From Patescibacteria group bacterium (GTDB lineage: Bacteria > Patescibacteriota > Minisyncoccia > Minisyncoccales > GWA2-38-27), in contig JAHCRG010000006.1 of the NCBI GenBank assembly GCA_020148045.1, forward strand, positions 9,909-73,908: a stretch of DNA of 64,000 bases, in the 5' to 3' direction. Under the pieces are notes generated by a model. That model did not search any database and was not told the origin of the DNA. It saw nothing but the letters and a program-made list of their open reading frames with translations. This document shows positions 43,012-52,360 of this stretch, piece after piece. Positions within the stretch are counted from its first letter, which is position 1, and each line of letters begins with the position of its first letter. The translations under genes were made by a program, and so were the position numbers.

Positions 43012-43854
43012 ATGTTTAGACAAAAAAAATTAGTTTGGGTTGTTTTAGGGATTTTGGTTTGTTTGAATGTTGTTGCTTGGATTGTTGTTTGGGATTTGAG
43101 TCAACCGAGGTTTCTTGAAGTAGTGTTTTTTGATGTTGGCCAAGGAGATGCCATTTTTGTTGAAACGCCTGATAGGCATCAGGTTTTGATTGACGGAGGA
43201 CCTGATTTAACTGTTTTAGAGAAGTTGGCAAAAGAAATGCCTTTTTATGATAGAAGTATAGATTTGATAATTTTAACTCATCCGGAGCATGATCATTTCT
43301 TTGGCTTGCTTGAAGTTTTAAAAAGATATGAAGTAAAAAATATTTTATGGACAGGAATTATTAGGGATACTGCTGAGTGGGAAGAGTGGGAGAAATTGAT
43401 TAGAAAAGAGGGGGCTGATATAATAATAGCTGAGGCTGATCAGAAAATAGATTTATCTGAAAATATATATCTTTCCATTCTTTATCCGTTTGAGAATTTA
43501 GAAGGTCAGGAATTTAAAAACAGCAATGATACCTCTATTGTTGCTGAATTAGTTTTTAATAATGTTTCTTTTCTATTTACTGGAGACATTTCAAAGAAAA
43601 TAGAAAAGCAATTAATTGTTGATTCAGATATATTGAAAGTAGCCCATCATGGAAGCAAGACATCAAGTTGTTTAGAGTTTTTAGAAGCAGTTTCTCCTGA
43701 GGTTGCTGTTATCAGTGTTGGAGAGAATAATTGGAATCATCCACACCCTGAGGTCTTGGCAAATCTTAATCAATTTGGTATACAAGTATTAATAACCAAA
43801 GAATTAGGAGATATAAAAATTGTTTCTGATGGAAACAATTTTAAAATCCAATGA
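43012..43854 (+). CDS. ComEC/Rec2-related metallo-beta-lactamase-fold protein
   Basis: An N-terminal TM helix, plus FFDVGQGDAIFVE and HPEHDHFFG. Confidence 0.75.
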   Translation: MFRQKKLVWVVLGILVCLNVVAWIVVWDLSQPRFLEVVFFDVGQGDAIFVETPDRHQVLIDGGPDLTVLEKLAKEMPFYDRSIDLIILTHPEHDHFFGLLEVLKRYEVKNILWTGIIRDTAEWEEWEKLIRKEGADIIIAEADQKIDLSENIYLSILYPFENLEGQEFKNSNDTSIVAELVFNNVSFLFTGDISKKIEKQLIVDSDILKVAHHGSKTSSCLEFLEAVSPEVAVISVGENNWNHPHPEVLANLNQFGIQVLITKELGDIKIVSDGNNFKIQ

Positions 43855-44924
43855 GAAATTTAGAGTTTCCAATTTTTAAAACTAAAGTTAATAATTCTTC
43901 AAAGAAGTTTGACCTGACTGATTTTAAGCAACGTCAGGCCTATTTTGATTTCAAAGCTGGAGAAGAAATTAAAAAACTTAGAGAATACTTAAAAGAGAAT
44001 ACTTTTATTGCTTATCTCTTGGGCAAAAAGAATTCTGGCAAAGGAACTTATGCCAAAATGTTTAAAGAAGTGGTTGATAAAGATAGGGTAGAGCACTTCT
44101 CTATTGGGGATATGGTTCGCAAGTTTGATGAAGTTGTACAAGATAAAAAGAAAAGGAAAGAGTTAATTTCTTTTTTGGAGAAAAATTATCGGGGATTTAT
44201 ACCTTTAGAAGAAATAATTAAGTCATTAGAGAAAAGAAGCACCAAAACCCTTTTGCCCTCTGAGCTAATTTTGGCTTTGGTAAAAAAAGAAATAGCAAAA
44301 AGAGGAAGAAAAGTTCTTTTTATTGACGGCTTTCCCAGAGATTTAGGTCAGGTTGCTTATTCATTATTTTTTAGAGATTTAATTGATTATCGGGAAGACC
44401 CCGATATTTTTGTGCTTATTGATGTTCCGGAAGCAGTAATTGATGAAAGAATAAAGTATAGAGTGGTTTGTCCTCTTTGCCAAACTTCAAGGAATTTAAA
44501 ACTTCTTCCGACAAAGAAAGTTGAATATGATAAAAAAGAAAAAAAGTTTCATCTTATCTGCGATGATTCTGATTGTCAAGGAGCAAGAATGGTTCAAAAA
44601 GAAGGTGACGCATTAGGGATAGAGCCGATTAAGGAAAGATTAAAGACAGATGAAAAACTAATAAAACAGGCTTTTTCGCTCTATGGAATTCCCAAAGTTC
44701 TTTTAAGAAACTCTGTTCCAAAGGACAAAGCTAAAAAATTTGTTGATGATTATGAAATTACTCCAGAATATAGTTATCAATGGGATGAGAAAAAGGGAAG
44801 GGTAAAGATAACTGAAAAGCCCTGGCAGGTCTTGGATGATAACGGAGTTCCTTGTTATAGCTTGATGCCTCCACCAGTAGTAGTTTCTTTAATCAAACAG
44901 ATAACGGAAGCCCTCGGGGGTTGA
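43851..44924 (+). CDS. adenylate kinase-family nucleoside monophosphate kinase paralog (long, Zn-lid)
   Basis: A degenerate P-loop GKKNSGKGT, IDGFPRDLGQ and lid cysteines CPLCQ/CDDSDCQ. It is distinct from the canonical adk at 62389. Confidence 0.55.
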   Translation: MRNLEFPIFKTKVNNSSKKFDLTDFKQRQAYFDFKAGEEIKKLREYLKENTFIAYLLGKKNSGKGTYAKMFKEVVDKDRVEHFSIGDMVRKFDEVVQDKKKRKELISFLEKNYRGFIPLEEIIKSLEKRSTKTLLPSELILALVKKEIAKRGRKVLFIDGFPRDLGQVAYSLFFRDLIDYREDPDIFVLIDVPEAVIDERIKYRVVCPLCQTSRNLKLLPTKKVEYDKKEKKFHLICDDSDCQGARMVQKEGDALGIEPIKERLKTDEKLIKQAFSLYGIPKVLLRNSVPKDKAKKFVDDYEITPEYSYQWDEKKGRVKITEKPWQVLDDNGVPCYSLMPPPVVVSLIKQITEALGG

Positions 44925-44950
44925 CTTATTATTTTGCTATATGGTATAAT
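44921..44950 (+). promoter_or_regulatory. strong sigma70-type promoter with extended -10
   Basis: TTGACT, an 18-nt spacer, then TGGTATAAT. No plus-strand ORF lies downstream. Confidence 0.6.
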
Positions 44951-44956
44951 AAAATA

Positions 44957-45131
44957 GCCCTGTGATTATCTGGTTAGATCTTGGACTATACTTGTTTTTT
45001 GGGTAAATCCTATATCTGTACTCGCCGTGGCGGGTATGTGCGGACAACCACTTGGAAGTTTTTCCTAAAGATTCTTTCTAGATGTTGCGGGGCTTTAAAT
45101 ATAGAAATAGCCGGGACTAACGGCTATTTTT
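44957..45131 (+). ncRNA. candidate ~175-nt small RNA
   Basis: It runs from the promoter at 44921-44950 to the terminator AAATAGCCG-ggactaa-CGGCTATTTTT (45105-45131). No ORF is present. A closing helix pairs AGCCCTG with GCGGGGCT, with internal hairpins CTCGCC/GGCGGG and GGAA/TTCC. Confidence 0.4.
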
Positions 45132-45151
45132 GATTCCAAAAACTTCCTTTC

Positions 45152-45976
45152 TTATTTTGAGTTTATCTTAAATTGATCTATGAGATTTAAGTCAGCATCA
45201 AATACATCTACAACCAATTGATTATCAGTAATAGACAATCTGCAGAAATGATGAACTTTTATAAATAATTGGCTGTAAGGACTTGTTCGTGCTTGGTCAT
45301 AAAGAGGGGCTCCTCCTCCACCGGTAATAATATAATAAATATCATTATATAATAATTTTTCATAAGCATGGGTATGTCCATTGAAAACTATATCTACACC
45401 ATATTGTTCAAATAAAGGCACAATCGTCTGTCTAAGTCCTTTTTCATCTTCAGGGTGTGGGCCAGTGCTTAAAGGTGGATGGTGAAAGATTACTATGGTA
45501 AATTTGATTTTGTCGCTAATATTTCTTAAATCAGATTCAAGCCATTTATATTGTTCTGAATCCTTGCTGTTATCAGAATTGCTATCCAATACAATAAAAT
45601 GGATATCATTTTTTTCTACAGAGTACCATTGTTCATTGTTTGGTAAATCAAATTTATCAAAAAACAATTGAGAATTACCTTCGTGGTTTCCTAAAGCAGG
45701 ATAAAACTCCGCAGTTTTAGTTAATTCGGAAGTTATCGCATTAAAGATTGCCCACTGGTCGGGATCTGCGCCGTCTTCTACAAGATCGCCTGCGTGGAAG
45801 ACAACCGTGGGTTTTATTCCTGCAATGGCATTTACAATTTTTTGGTGAGCAGCGTGACCAGTTCGACTATCTCCGTAAATAACAAAGGTTTCTAAGGAAG
45901 GTTGGTATAGAAACCAAAATAATACAGCGGCAATTAAAATTACAATTGCTGCTAATAATAATTTTTTGAGTTTCAT
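45152..45976 (-). CDS. calcineurin-like metallophosphoesterase, membrane-anchored
   Basis: The motifs GDSRTG, GDLVEDG, GNHE, HHPP and GHTHAYE are present. Confidence 0.85.
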   Translation of the reverse strand: MKLKKLLLAAIVILIAAVLFWFLYQPSLETFVIYGDSRTGHAAHQKIVNAIAGIKPTVVFHAGDLVEDGADPDQWAIFNAITSELTKTAEFYPALGNHEGNSQLFFDKFDLPNNEQWYSVEKNDIHFIVLDSNSDNSKDSEQYKWLESDLRNISDKIKFTIVIFHHPPLSTGPHPEDEKGLRQTIVPLFEQYGVDIVFNGHTHAYEKLLYNDIYYIITGGGGAPLYDQARTSPYSQLFIKVHHFCRLSITDNQLVVDVFDADLNLIDQFKINSK

Positions 45977-46005
45977 ATGATATTGTTGTCGGGGTGCCGA
46001 GAATT

Positions 46006-46035
46006 GCCAACCTATGGTTGGTCAGCCGTAGGCTG
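46006..46035 (-). repeat. double-hairpin 30-mer, copy 2
   Basis: It is 30/30 identical to 30842-30871. It lies between tRNA-Pro and the phosphoesterase start. Confidence 0.95.
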
Positions 46036-46052
46036 AAACTCTTAATATTATA

Positions 46053-46126
46053 GTCGGGGCACCCGGACTTGAACCGGGAATCACGCGCACCCCATGCGCG
46101 TATGTTATCCAATTACACCATGCCCC
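46053..46126 (-). tRNA. tRNA-Pro (anticodon GGG)
   Basis: A manual cloverleaf fits. Acceptor CGGGGCA/TGCCCCG, D-arm GTGT/ACAT, anticodon stem CGCGC/GCGCG with loop AT-GGG-GT, T-arm CCCGG-TTCAAGT-CCGGG and discriminator A. It is 74 nt with no encoded CCA. Confidence 0.85.
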
Positions 46127-46128
46127 GA

Positions 46129-46350
46129 TTATTTCCTTTTTCCTATTGCTTTGATACACTTCGTGCAAGCCAAAACTCGCTTACCAGCAAACTTTCGATA
46201 AGCTCTCTTTTTTACATCAATAGGAATACGTACCCATTGTAAATTGGGATATTTTCTTTTCTTGACGGTTGGATTGTATTTCCCTCTGAGTTTTTTTAAC
46301 CTCCAAACCATTATTGATTTTTTCCCACAAATCGTGCATTCTTTTGCCAT
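46129..46350 (-). CDS. rpmB: 50S ribosomal protein L28 (Cys-containing form)
   Basis: CTICGKK and YPNLQ match the L28 pattern, and a second Cys pair CTKC is present. Confidence 0.7.
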   Translation of the reverse strand: MAKECTICGKKSIMVWRLKKLRGKYNPTVKKRKYPNLQWVRIPIDVKKRAYRKFAGKRVLACTKCIKAIGKRK

Positions 46351-46413
46351 AGTGGTTTTATTTTACCAGAATATTTTAATCTTAGCAAGATTTATGTTAT
46401 TATTGTTAATAAT

Positions 46414-47037
46414 ATGGAAATTTTATTTCAGATTATTGTTTTAGTTTTCTCTATTGTTATTCATGAAGTTTCTCATGGGACAGTAGCAAATTATTTAGGC
46501 GACCCTACGGCAAAATATGCTGGCAGGTTGACTTTAAATCCTCTAAAACACTTAGATCCAATTGGCTCGGTGATTGTACCAGTTTTTTTAATTCTTATGA
46601 CAGGTACAGGTGTTGGCTGGGCGAAGCCAGTGCCAATTAATCCTCGTAATTTTCGCGACCAAAAATATGGTTCTCTTAAAGTAGCTTTAGCTGGACCAGG
46701 AGCAAATTTAGGCATAGCTTTAATTTTTGGCTTGATTCTTCGTCTTGGTTTCTTTTTAGATTTAATTCCTATTAATCTCTATGCAGCTTTTTCTTTTATT
46801 GTGATTATAAATATACTTTTAGCTATATTCAACTTGATTCCTATTCCTCCTTTGGATGGTTCCCACGTTCTTTTCGCTTTCTTGCCTTATTCAATGCAAA
46901 AAATAAAAATATTTCTAAGTCAGTTTGGTATTTTTATTTTAATTTTTCTTATTTTCTTTTTTCCGTGGTTTTTCTCATTTTTGTTTTATATTGTTAATTG
47001 GATTTCCGCCTTAATTGTTGGTGTTCCGTTCCCTTAA
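46414..47037 (+). CDS. site-2 protease (M50) family metalloprotease
   Basis: The HExxH motif (HEVSHG), NLIPIPPLDG and a polytopic topology are present. Confidence 0.8.
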   Translation: MEILFQIIVLVFSIVIHEVSHGTVANYLGDPTAKYAGRLTLNPLKHLDPIGSVIVPVFLILMTGTGVGWAKPVPINPRNFRDQKYGSLKVALAGPGANLGIALIFGLILRLGFFLDLIPINLYAAFSFIVIINILLAIFNLIPIPPLDGSHVLFAFLPYSMQKIKIFLSQFGIFILIFLIFFFPWFFSFLFYIVNWISALIVGVPFP

Positions 47038-47080
47038 AAAATATTGACACCATTAAGTTTATTTGTTAACTTTAAAAATT

Positions 47081-47494
47081 ATGCCTACAATTCATCAACT
47101 AATCAAAAAGGGCAGAAAAAAAGAAAAAAAGCGTTCAAAGACGCCTGCTTTAGCATTTAGTTTCAACATTCTCAAAAATAGACCAAAAGGATATCCTTCA
47201 CCGTATAAAAGAGGAGTTTGCCTTAAAGTTTTTACTGCTACTCCCAAAAAACCCAATTCAGCTCTAAGAAAGGTGGCTAGAGTTCGTTTGACTAATGGAA
47301 TGGAAGTTACCGCTTACATTCCTGGAGAAGGGCACAATATTCAAGAGCACTCAATTGTCCTGATTCGGGGAGGAAGGGTTAAAGATTTGCCCGGGGTAAG
47401 ATATCATATAGTTAGAGGAGTTTTAGATACAGAAGGAGTGGAAGGAAAAAAACAAGGGAGGAGTAGGTACGGAACGAAGAAAGAGAAAAAATAA
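47081..47494 (+). CDS. rpsL: 30S ribosomal protein S12
   Basis: [11 protein letters not shown] and [11 protein letters not shown] are present. ATG at 47081 is preferred over the tracked TTG. Confidence 0.95.
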   Translation: MPTIHQLIKKGRKKEKKRSKTPALAFSFNILKNRPKGYPSPYKRGVCLKVFTATPKKPNSALRKVARVRLTNGMEVTAYIPGEGHNIQEHSIVLIRGGRVKDLPGVRYHIVRGVLDTEGVEGKKQGRSRYGTKKEKK

Positions 47495-47507
47495 GACCTT
47501 TTGTAAC

Positions 47508-47978
47508 ATGGCTAAAGGGAAAAAGATAAAAAAACATCCAATAATGCCTGACCCTGTCTATAACAATGTTATTGTTGCTAAGTTTATTAACCAAATTATG
47601 AGGCGGGGAAAAAAGACGATAGCTAGGAAGGTTGTTTATCGGGCTTTTGATATTATAAAAGAAAAAACTAAAAAAGAACCTTTAGAAGTTTTTGAGGTAG
47701 CTCTTGAAAATGCTTCTCCCTTACTTGAAGTAAAATCAAAAAGAGTTGGTGGAGCAACTTATCAAGTTCCGGTAGAAGTGAAAGGGGATAGAAGATTAAC
47801 CTTAGCTATGCGTTGGATAATTTTAGGAGCTAAATCAAAAAAAGGAAAACCAATGAGAGAGAAATTAGCTGCTGAATTAATGGATGCGGCAAATAACACT
47901 GGCTGGGCGATAAAAAAGAAAACCGACACCCACCGGATGGCCGAAGCCAACCGCGCCTTTGCCCACTTCGCCTGGTAA
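47508..47978 (+). CDS. rpsG: 30S ribosomal protein S7
   Basis: [15 protein letters not shown] and the C-terminal [13 protein letters not shown] are present. Confidence 0.95.
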   Translation: MAKGKKIKKHPIMPDPVYNNVIVAKFINQIMRRGKKTIARKVVYRAFDIIKEKTKKEPLEVFEVALENASPLLEVKSKRVGGATYQVPVEVKGDRRLTLAMRWIILGAKSKKGKPMREKLAAELMDAANNTGWAIKKKTDTHRMAEANRAFAHFAW

Positions 47979-47980
47979 AT

Positions 47981-48036
47981 AAAAGAGCACCTACTGATCC
48001 TCGGTGTTTCCACCTACCGATCTTCGGTGCTTTTGT
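47981..48036. terminator. bidirectional terminator with internal direct repeat CACCTAC(T/C)GATC(C/T)TCGGTG
   Basis: The outer stem pairs aaaagagcacc with ggtgctttt. It lies between convergent rpsG and the 48063-48269 gene. Confidence 0.65.
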
Positions 48037-48062
48037 AAAAAAGAACTGAGGAGACCCCATTT

Positions 48063-48269
48063 TTAGATATCTGAATGGCCGTAAGGTGATCCAGGGGCTC
48101 CGTAATGATAATCGTCGTCATACTTCGGTTTGTCTTTACGGGAACACCAGGCATCGGCAAGAATCCCTATAGCGACTATAATCATAAAAGCAAGAAAGCA
48201 AATCGCCAAATTGGTAAATGCTCCAGCTAAAACTCTACCACCTGAAAATTCGATAACACTCGTAAACAT
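48063..48269 (-). CDS. 68-aa single-TM membrane protein, own promoter, antisense insert between rpsG and fusA
   Basis: The RBS is aaaggataaac. A hydrophobic helix (VLAGAFTNLAICFLAFMIIVAIGILADAW) is followed by a D/Y/P-rich tail. Confidence 0.55.
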   Translation of the reverse strand: MFTSVIEFSGGRVLAGAFTNLAICFLAFMIIVAIGILADAWCSRKDKPKYDDDYHYGAPGSPYGHSDI

Positions 48270-48320
48270 CTTGTTTATCCTTTCAAAAGAATAATTTATT
48301 TCGTTTTCGATACTAATATA

Positions 48321-48349
48321 ATATTAACAGATTAAATTATGAATGTCAA
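48321..48349 (-). promoter_or_regulatory. sigma70-type promoter (minus strand)
   Basis: The minus strand reads TTGACA, a 17-nt spacer, then TAATAT. Confidence 0.65.
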
Positions 48350-48378
48350 GGTTTGAAAATTAAATTATTAAAAATTCA

Positions 48379-48413
48379 TTCATAATTCATAATTCTTAAT
48401 TCATAATTCAAAT
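48379..48413 (+). repeat. tandem heptamers (TTCATAA x5, two imperfect) abutting the fusA start
   Basis: The units are ttcataa ttcataa ttcttaa ttcataa ttcaaat, followed by tt and the ATG. Confidence 0.9.
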
Positions 48414-48415
48414 TT

Positions 48416-50521
48416 ATGCCGAGAGAATATCCAATTGAAAAAGTTAGAGATATAGGAATTATTGCTCATATTGATGCTGGAAAGACAACCGTTACTGAAC
48501 GGGTGCTTTTCTATACTGGAATTTCTCATAAAATAGGCGAGGTTCATGATGGTCAGGCAATTATGGATTGGATGGAGCAGGAAAGAGAAAGAGGAATTAC
48601 CATTACTTCAGCTGCTACCACTTGTTTTTGGGTACCCGGAGGCCAAGAGAGAAAAAAAGAAAATGAATACAGGATAAATATTATTGATACTCCTGGCCAT
48701 ATTGATTTTACTGCTGAAGTTCAAAGATCATTAAGAGTTTTGGATGGGGCAGTGGTGGTTTTTGATGGAGTGGCTGGAGTTGAGCCACAGTCAGAAACTG
48801 TCTGGCATCAGGCAGATAAATTTAAAGTGCCAAGAATTTGTTTCATTAATAAGTTAGATAGAACAGGAGCTGATTTTAAAAAGAGCTTAGGGTCTATTTT
48901 AGAGAAGTTAACTCCAAATGCAGTAGCTTTGCAAATACCAATTGGGGAGGAAGATAAGCATGAAGGAATAATTGATCTTTTAGAAATGAAGACCTTAAAA
49001 TTTGAGGGTGATTTTGGTCAGATAGTAAAAGAAGAGGAGATTCCAAAAGATTTATCAAAAGAGGCGAAGAAATGGCAAGAGAAAATGGTTGAGAAGATTG
49101 CTGCTGAAGATGAGAAGCTTTTAGAGAAATATTTAAGTGGCAAGGAAATTCCAATAGAAGACCTTAGAAAGACCCTACGGAAGGCTACTTTAGAATATAA
49201 ACTTATTCCGGTATTTTGCGGAGCTGCTCTAAAAAATAAAGGAATTCAACCCCTGCTTGATGCTATTTGTTATTATTTCCCAAGTCCAAAAGATATGCCA
49301 CCGGTTAAAGGAATTGACCCTAAAACTGACAAAGAGATAAAGAGAGAGCCGGATGATTCAGAAAAATTTTCAGCCCTCGCTTTTAAAATCGCAGCTGACC
49401 CTTATGTTGGTACGCTTACTTATTTTAGGGTCTATTCCGGTTCCTTGACAGCCGGCTCTTATTTGTTAAACTCAACCACAAGTGAAAAAGAAAGAATCGG
49501 CCGAATTTTAAGAATGCATGCTGCTGAGAGAGAAGAAGTAAAAGAAATTTTTACTGGGGATATTGCCGCTACGGTCGGCCTTAGAAATACCAGGACAGGT
49601 CATACCCTTTGTGATGAGACCGCTCCAATTGTTCTTGAGAAAATTGTCTTTCCAGAACCAGTTATTTCTATAAGAATTGAGCCAAAAACAAAGGCAGACC
49701 AAGAAAAAATGAGTTTAGCTCTTAAAAGATTATCAGAAGAGGACCCAACCTTTAAGATGAAAAGCGATTTGGAAACCGGGGAGACCATTATTTCGGGAAT
49801 GGGTGAGCTGCATCTTGAAATTATTGTTGAGCGAATGAAAAGAGAATTTAAGGTTGAGGGTTCAGTTGGAAAACCCCAGGTTGCTTATAAAGAGACAATT
49901 AAACAAGAAGCTGAAGCAGAAGGAAAGTATATTAGACAGTCAGGAGGCAGAGGTCAGTATGGACATGTTTGGTTGCGGCTCAAGCCGAAAAAGCGAGGTG
50001 AGGGATTTGAGTTTATAGACAAGATTAAAGGAGGTATTATCCCCCAAGAATTTATTCCGGCAGTGAAGAAGGGAGTAAAAGAAGCAATGGATAAAGGGAT
50101 TTTAGCAGGCTATCCAATGGTAGATTTAGAGGCCACTTTATATGACGGGTCTTTTCATGAAGTGGATTCTTCAGAGAATGCTTTTAAAATTGCCGCTTCG
50201 GCTGCTCTTCAGGAAGCAGCAAAGAGAGCAAATCTAGTTTTGCTGGAGCCGATTATGAGATTAGAAGTCATTGTTCCTTCAGAGTTTTTTGGAGATGCGA
50301 TAGGGGATTTGTCTGCTAGGCGTGGAAAAGTTGAAGAAACTAAAGACCGGCTAAATCTAAAAGTTATTGATGCTAAGGTTCCTTTAGCTGAAATGTTTGG
50401 ATATGCTACCGCTTTAAGGTCTCTAACTGAAGGAAGGGGAAATTTCACAATGGAATTTGACCATTATGAAGAAGTGCCTTCAAATATTACCCAGGAGATT
50501 ATTGAAGGAAAAAGACGGTAA
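48416..50521 (+). CDS. fusA: elongation factor G
   Basis: The G-domain motifs [14 protein letters not shown] and NKLD are present at 701 aa. Confidence 0.97.
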   Translation: MPREYPIEKVRDIGIIAHIDAGKTTVTERVLFYTGISHKIGEVHDGQAIMDWMEQERERGITITSAATTCFWVPGGQERKKENEYRINIIDTPGHIDFTAEVQRSLRVLDGAVVVFDGVAGVEPQSETVWHQADKFKVPRICFINKLDRTGADFKKSLGSILEKLTPNAVALQIPIGEEDKHEGIIDLLEMKTLKFEGDFGQIVKEEEIPKDLSKEAKKWQEKMVEKIAAEDEKLLEKYLSGKEIPIEDLRKTLRKATLEYKLIPVFCGAALKNKGIQPLLDAICYYFPSPKDMPPVKGIDPKTDKEIKREPDDSEKFSALAFKIAADPYVGTLTYFRVYSGSLTAGSYLLNSTTSEKERIGRILRMHAAEREEVKEIFTGDIAATVGLRNTRTGHTLCDETAPIVLEKIVFPEPVISIRIEPKTKADQEKMSLALKRLSEEDPTFKMKSDLETGETIISGMGELHLEIIVERMKREFKVEGSVGKPQVAYKETIKQEAEAEGKYIRQSGGRGQYGHVWLRLKPKKRGEGFEFIDKIKGGIIPQEFIPAVKKGVKEAMDKGILAGYPMVDLEATLYDGSFHEVDSSENAFKIAASAALQEAAKRANLVLLEPIMRLEVIVPSEFFGDAIGDLSARRGKVEETKDRLNLKVIDAKVPLAEMFGYATALRSLTEGRGNFTMEFDHYEEVPSNITQEIIEGKRR

Positions 50522-50527
50522 TTAACA

Positions 50528-50555
50528 TTGACAAATTTTTTAAAAATAATAAGAT
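50528..50555 (+). promoter_or_regulatory. sigma70-type promoter upstream of tuf
   Basis: TTGACA, a 16-nt spacer, then TAAGAT. Confidence 0.55.
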
Positions 50556-50610
50556 AATAATATAACCTTAAAATCATGAAACCTGGGGCCTGAAACCCGA
50601 AACATTTAGA

Positions 50611-50645
50611 AGTTTCAAGTTTCAAGTTTCAAGTTTCAAGTTTAA
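50611..50645 (+). repeat. tandem heptamers (AGTTTCA x4 plus AGTTTAA) abutting the tuf start
   Basis: Three inverted GAAAC copies lie upstream at 50578-50605. The array ends 1 nt before the ATG. Confidence 0.95.
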
Positions 50646-50646
50646 C

Positions 50647-51846
50647 ATGGCGGAAAAAGAAAAATTTGAGAGGGCAAAACTCCATATTAATGTTGGCACC
50701 ATTGGTCATGTTGACCATGGGAAGACTACTTTGGTTGCTGCAATTTTAAAGGTTTTAGGCCTAAAAGGTTTGAAAGCCCAAACAAAAACAGTTGAGCAAA
50801 TTGACGCAGCTCCAGAGGAAAAAGCCAGAGGTCTTACAATCTCTGTTTCTCACCTTGAATATGAATCAGAGAAAAGACACTACGCTCACATTGATTGTCC
50901 TGGTCACGCAGATTATATCAAGAATATGATTACTGGAGCAGCCCAGATGGATGGGGCAGTTTTAGTTGTTTCAGCTTCTGATGGCCCGATGCCTCAAACC
51001 AGAGAGCATATTTTGCTTGCTCGCCAAGTAGGGATACCTTCAATAGTTGTCTTCTTAAATAAATGTGATCAGGTTGATGACAAAGAAATTATTGATTTGG
51101 TTGAGTCTGAGATTCGAGAGCTTTTGAAAAAATATGAATTTCCTGGAGACAAAATTCCAATAATCCGGGGTTCTGCCTTAAAAGCTTTGGAAGTTAAGTC
51201 AGCAGACGATGAGGCAGCTAAACCGATTTTAGATTTAGTCAAAGCTTTAGATGAGCATATTCCAGAACCCACCCGAGAGATTGATAAGCCCTTTTTAATG
51301 GCTATTGAAGATGTTTTCTCTATTGAGGGTCGAGGTACTGTTGCTACTGGAAGAGTTGAAAGAGGAATAATTAAACCCAATGAAGAAGTGGAGTTAGTTG
51401 GTATAAAGCCCACCACAAAAACAGTGGCAGTAAGCATTGAAATGTTTAACAAGATTCTTGACGAAGGAAGGGCAGGAGATAACGTCGGTGTTTTGCTTAG
51501 AGGTCTTAAAAAAGAGGAGGTTGAAAGAGGACAGGTTTTAGCAAAACCAGGAACAGTTACTCCTCACACTGAGTTTGAAGGTGAAATTTATATCTTAACT
51601 AAGGAAGAAGGTGGACGACACACCCCTTTCTTTAAAGGATATAAGCCCCAGTTTTATATCCGAACCACTGATGTTACAGGAGATGTAACCTTGCCAGAAG
51701 GAACAGAAATGGTTATGCCTGGTGATACCGTTAATTTGGCAGTTAAATTGATTGCTCCGGTTGCCCTTGAAGAAAAACAAAGATTTGCAATTAGGGAAGG
51801 AGGAAAGACAGTGGGAGCTGGAGTAGTGGTAAAAATCATTAAATAG
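50647..51846 (+). CDS. tuf: elongation factor Tu
   Basis: The motifs [14 protein letters not shown] and NKCD are present at 399 aa. Confidence 0.97.
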   Translation: MAEKEKFERAKLHINVGTIGHVDHGKTTLVAAILKVLGLKGLKAQTKTVEQIDAAPEEKARGLTISVSHLEYESEKRHYAHIDCPGHADYIKNMITGAAQMDGAVLVVSASDGPMPQTREHILLARQVGIPSIVVFLNKCDQVDDKEIIDLVESEIRELLKKYEFPGDKIPIIRGSALKALEVKSADDEAAKPILDLVKALDEHIPEPTREIDKPFLMAIEDVFSIEGRGTVATGRVERGIIKPNEEVELVGIKPTTKTVAVSIEMFNKILDEGRAGDNVGVLLRGLKKEEVERGQVLAKPGTVTPHTEFEGEIYILTKEEGGRHTPFFKGYKPQFYIRTTDVTGDVTLPEGTEMVMPGDTVNLAVKLIAPVALEEKQRFAIREGGKTVGAGVVVKIIK

Positions 51847-51881
51847 ATATTCGCTCATTCGGTAACCGAATGGGCGAATAT
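51847..51881 (+). other. 16-bp stem-loop (TAA triloop) between tuf and rpsJ
   Basis: The sequence is atattcgctcattcgg-taa-ccgaatgggcgaatat. It has no clear T-run. Confidence 0.7.
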
Positions 51882-51912
51882 TGTTAAATATCCATAAAAG
51901 TGTTCCTTTAAG

Positions 51913-52260
51913 ATGCCAGCCAAGGCCAAAAAGAAAGCAGTTGAAGAAGAAGAAATAAAACCAAAGCTTAGGATAAAGCTGAAAGCTTATGATTATAAAG
52001 TGATTGATAATAGCACTCGACAGATTGTTGAAACAGCTTTGAGACATGGAGCTGAGGTTTCCGGACCTGTCCCTTTACCAACCGAAATTCACAAGTATAC
52101 AGTGAATCGCTCTTCTTTTATTCATAAAGATAGCCGTGAGCAGTTTGAAATGCGAGTCCATAAACGTTTAGTTGATATTTTGAACCCTAATCCCAATGTG
52201 ATTGACGCTTTGATGGGTTTAACTCTGCCCGCCGGAGTTGACATTGAAATAAAAATATAA
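51913..52260 (+). CDS. rpsJ: 30S ribosomal protein S10 (short K/E-rich N-terminal extension)
   Basis: LRIKLKAYD and PLPT are present, and the position is right. Confidence 0.95.
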   Translation: MPAKAKKKAVEEEEIKPKLRIKLKAYDYKVIDNSTRQIVETALRHGAEVSGPVPLPTEIHKYTVNRSSFIHKDSREQFEMRVHKRLVDILNPNPNVIDALMGLTLPAGVDIEIKI

Positions 52261-52318
52261 TATGTTTAATATTTTTAAAACCTGAAAATTTTGTTAAAAT
52301 AAATTAACATTGCCTTTT

Positions 52319-52348
52319 AAAAAAACTGGGCGATGGCCCAGTTTTTTT
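52319..52348 (+). terminator. terminator-like hairpin between rpsJ and rplC
   Basis: AAAAAACTGGGC-gatg-GCCCAGTTTTTTT lies 13 nt before the rplC ATG. Confidence 0.7.
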
Positions 52349-52360
52349 ATTCCCATTGTT

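Noticed and set aside
48379-50645. The tandem repeats upstream of fusA and tuf as a CRISPR array or minisatellite.
   Set aside because: The units are only 7 nt with no spacers, and no cas genes are present. They are reported as cis-element candidates instead.
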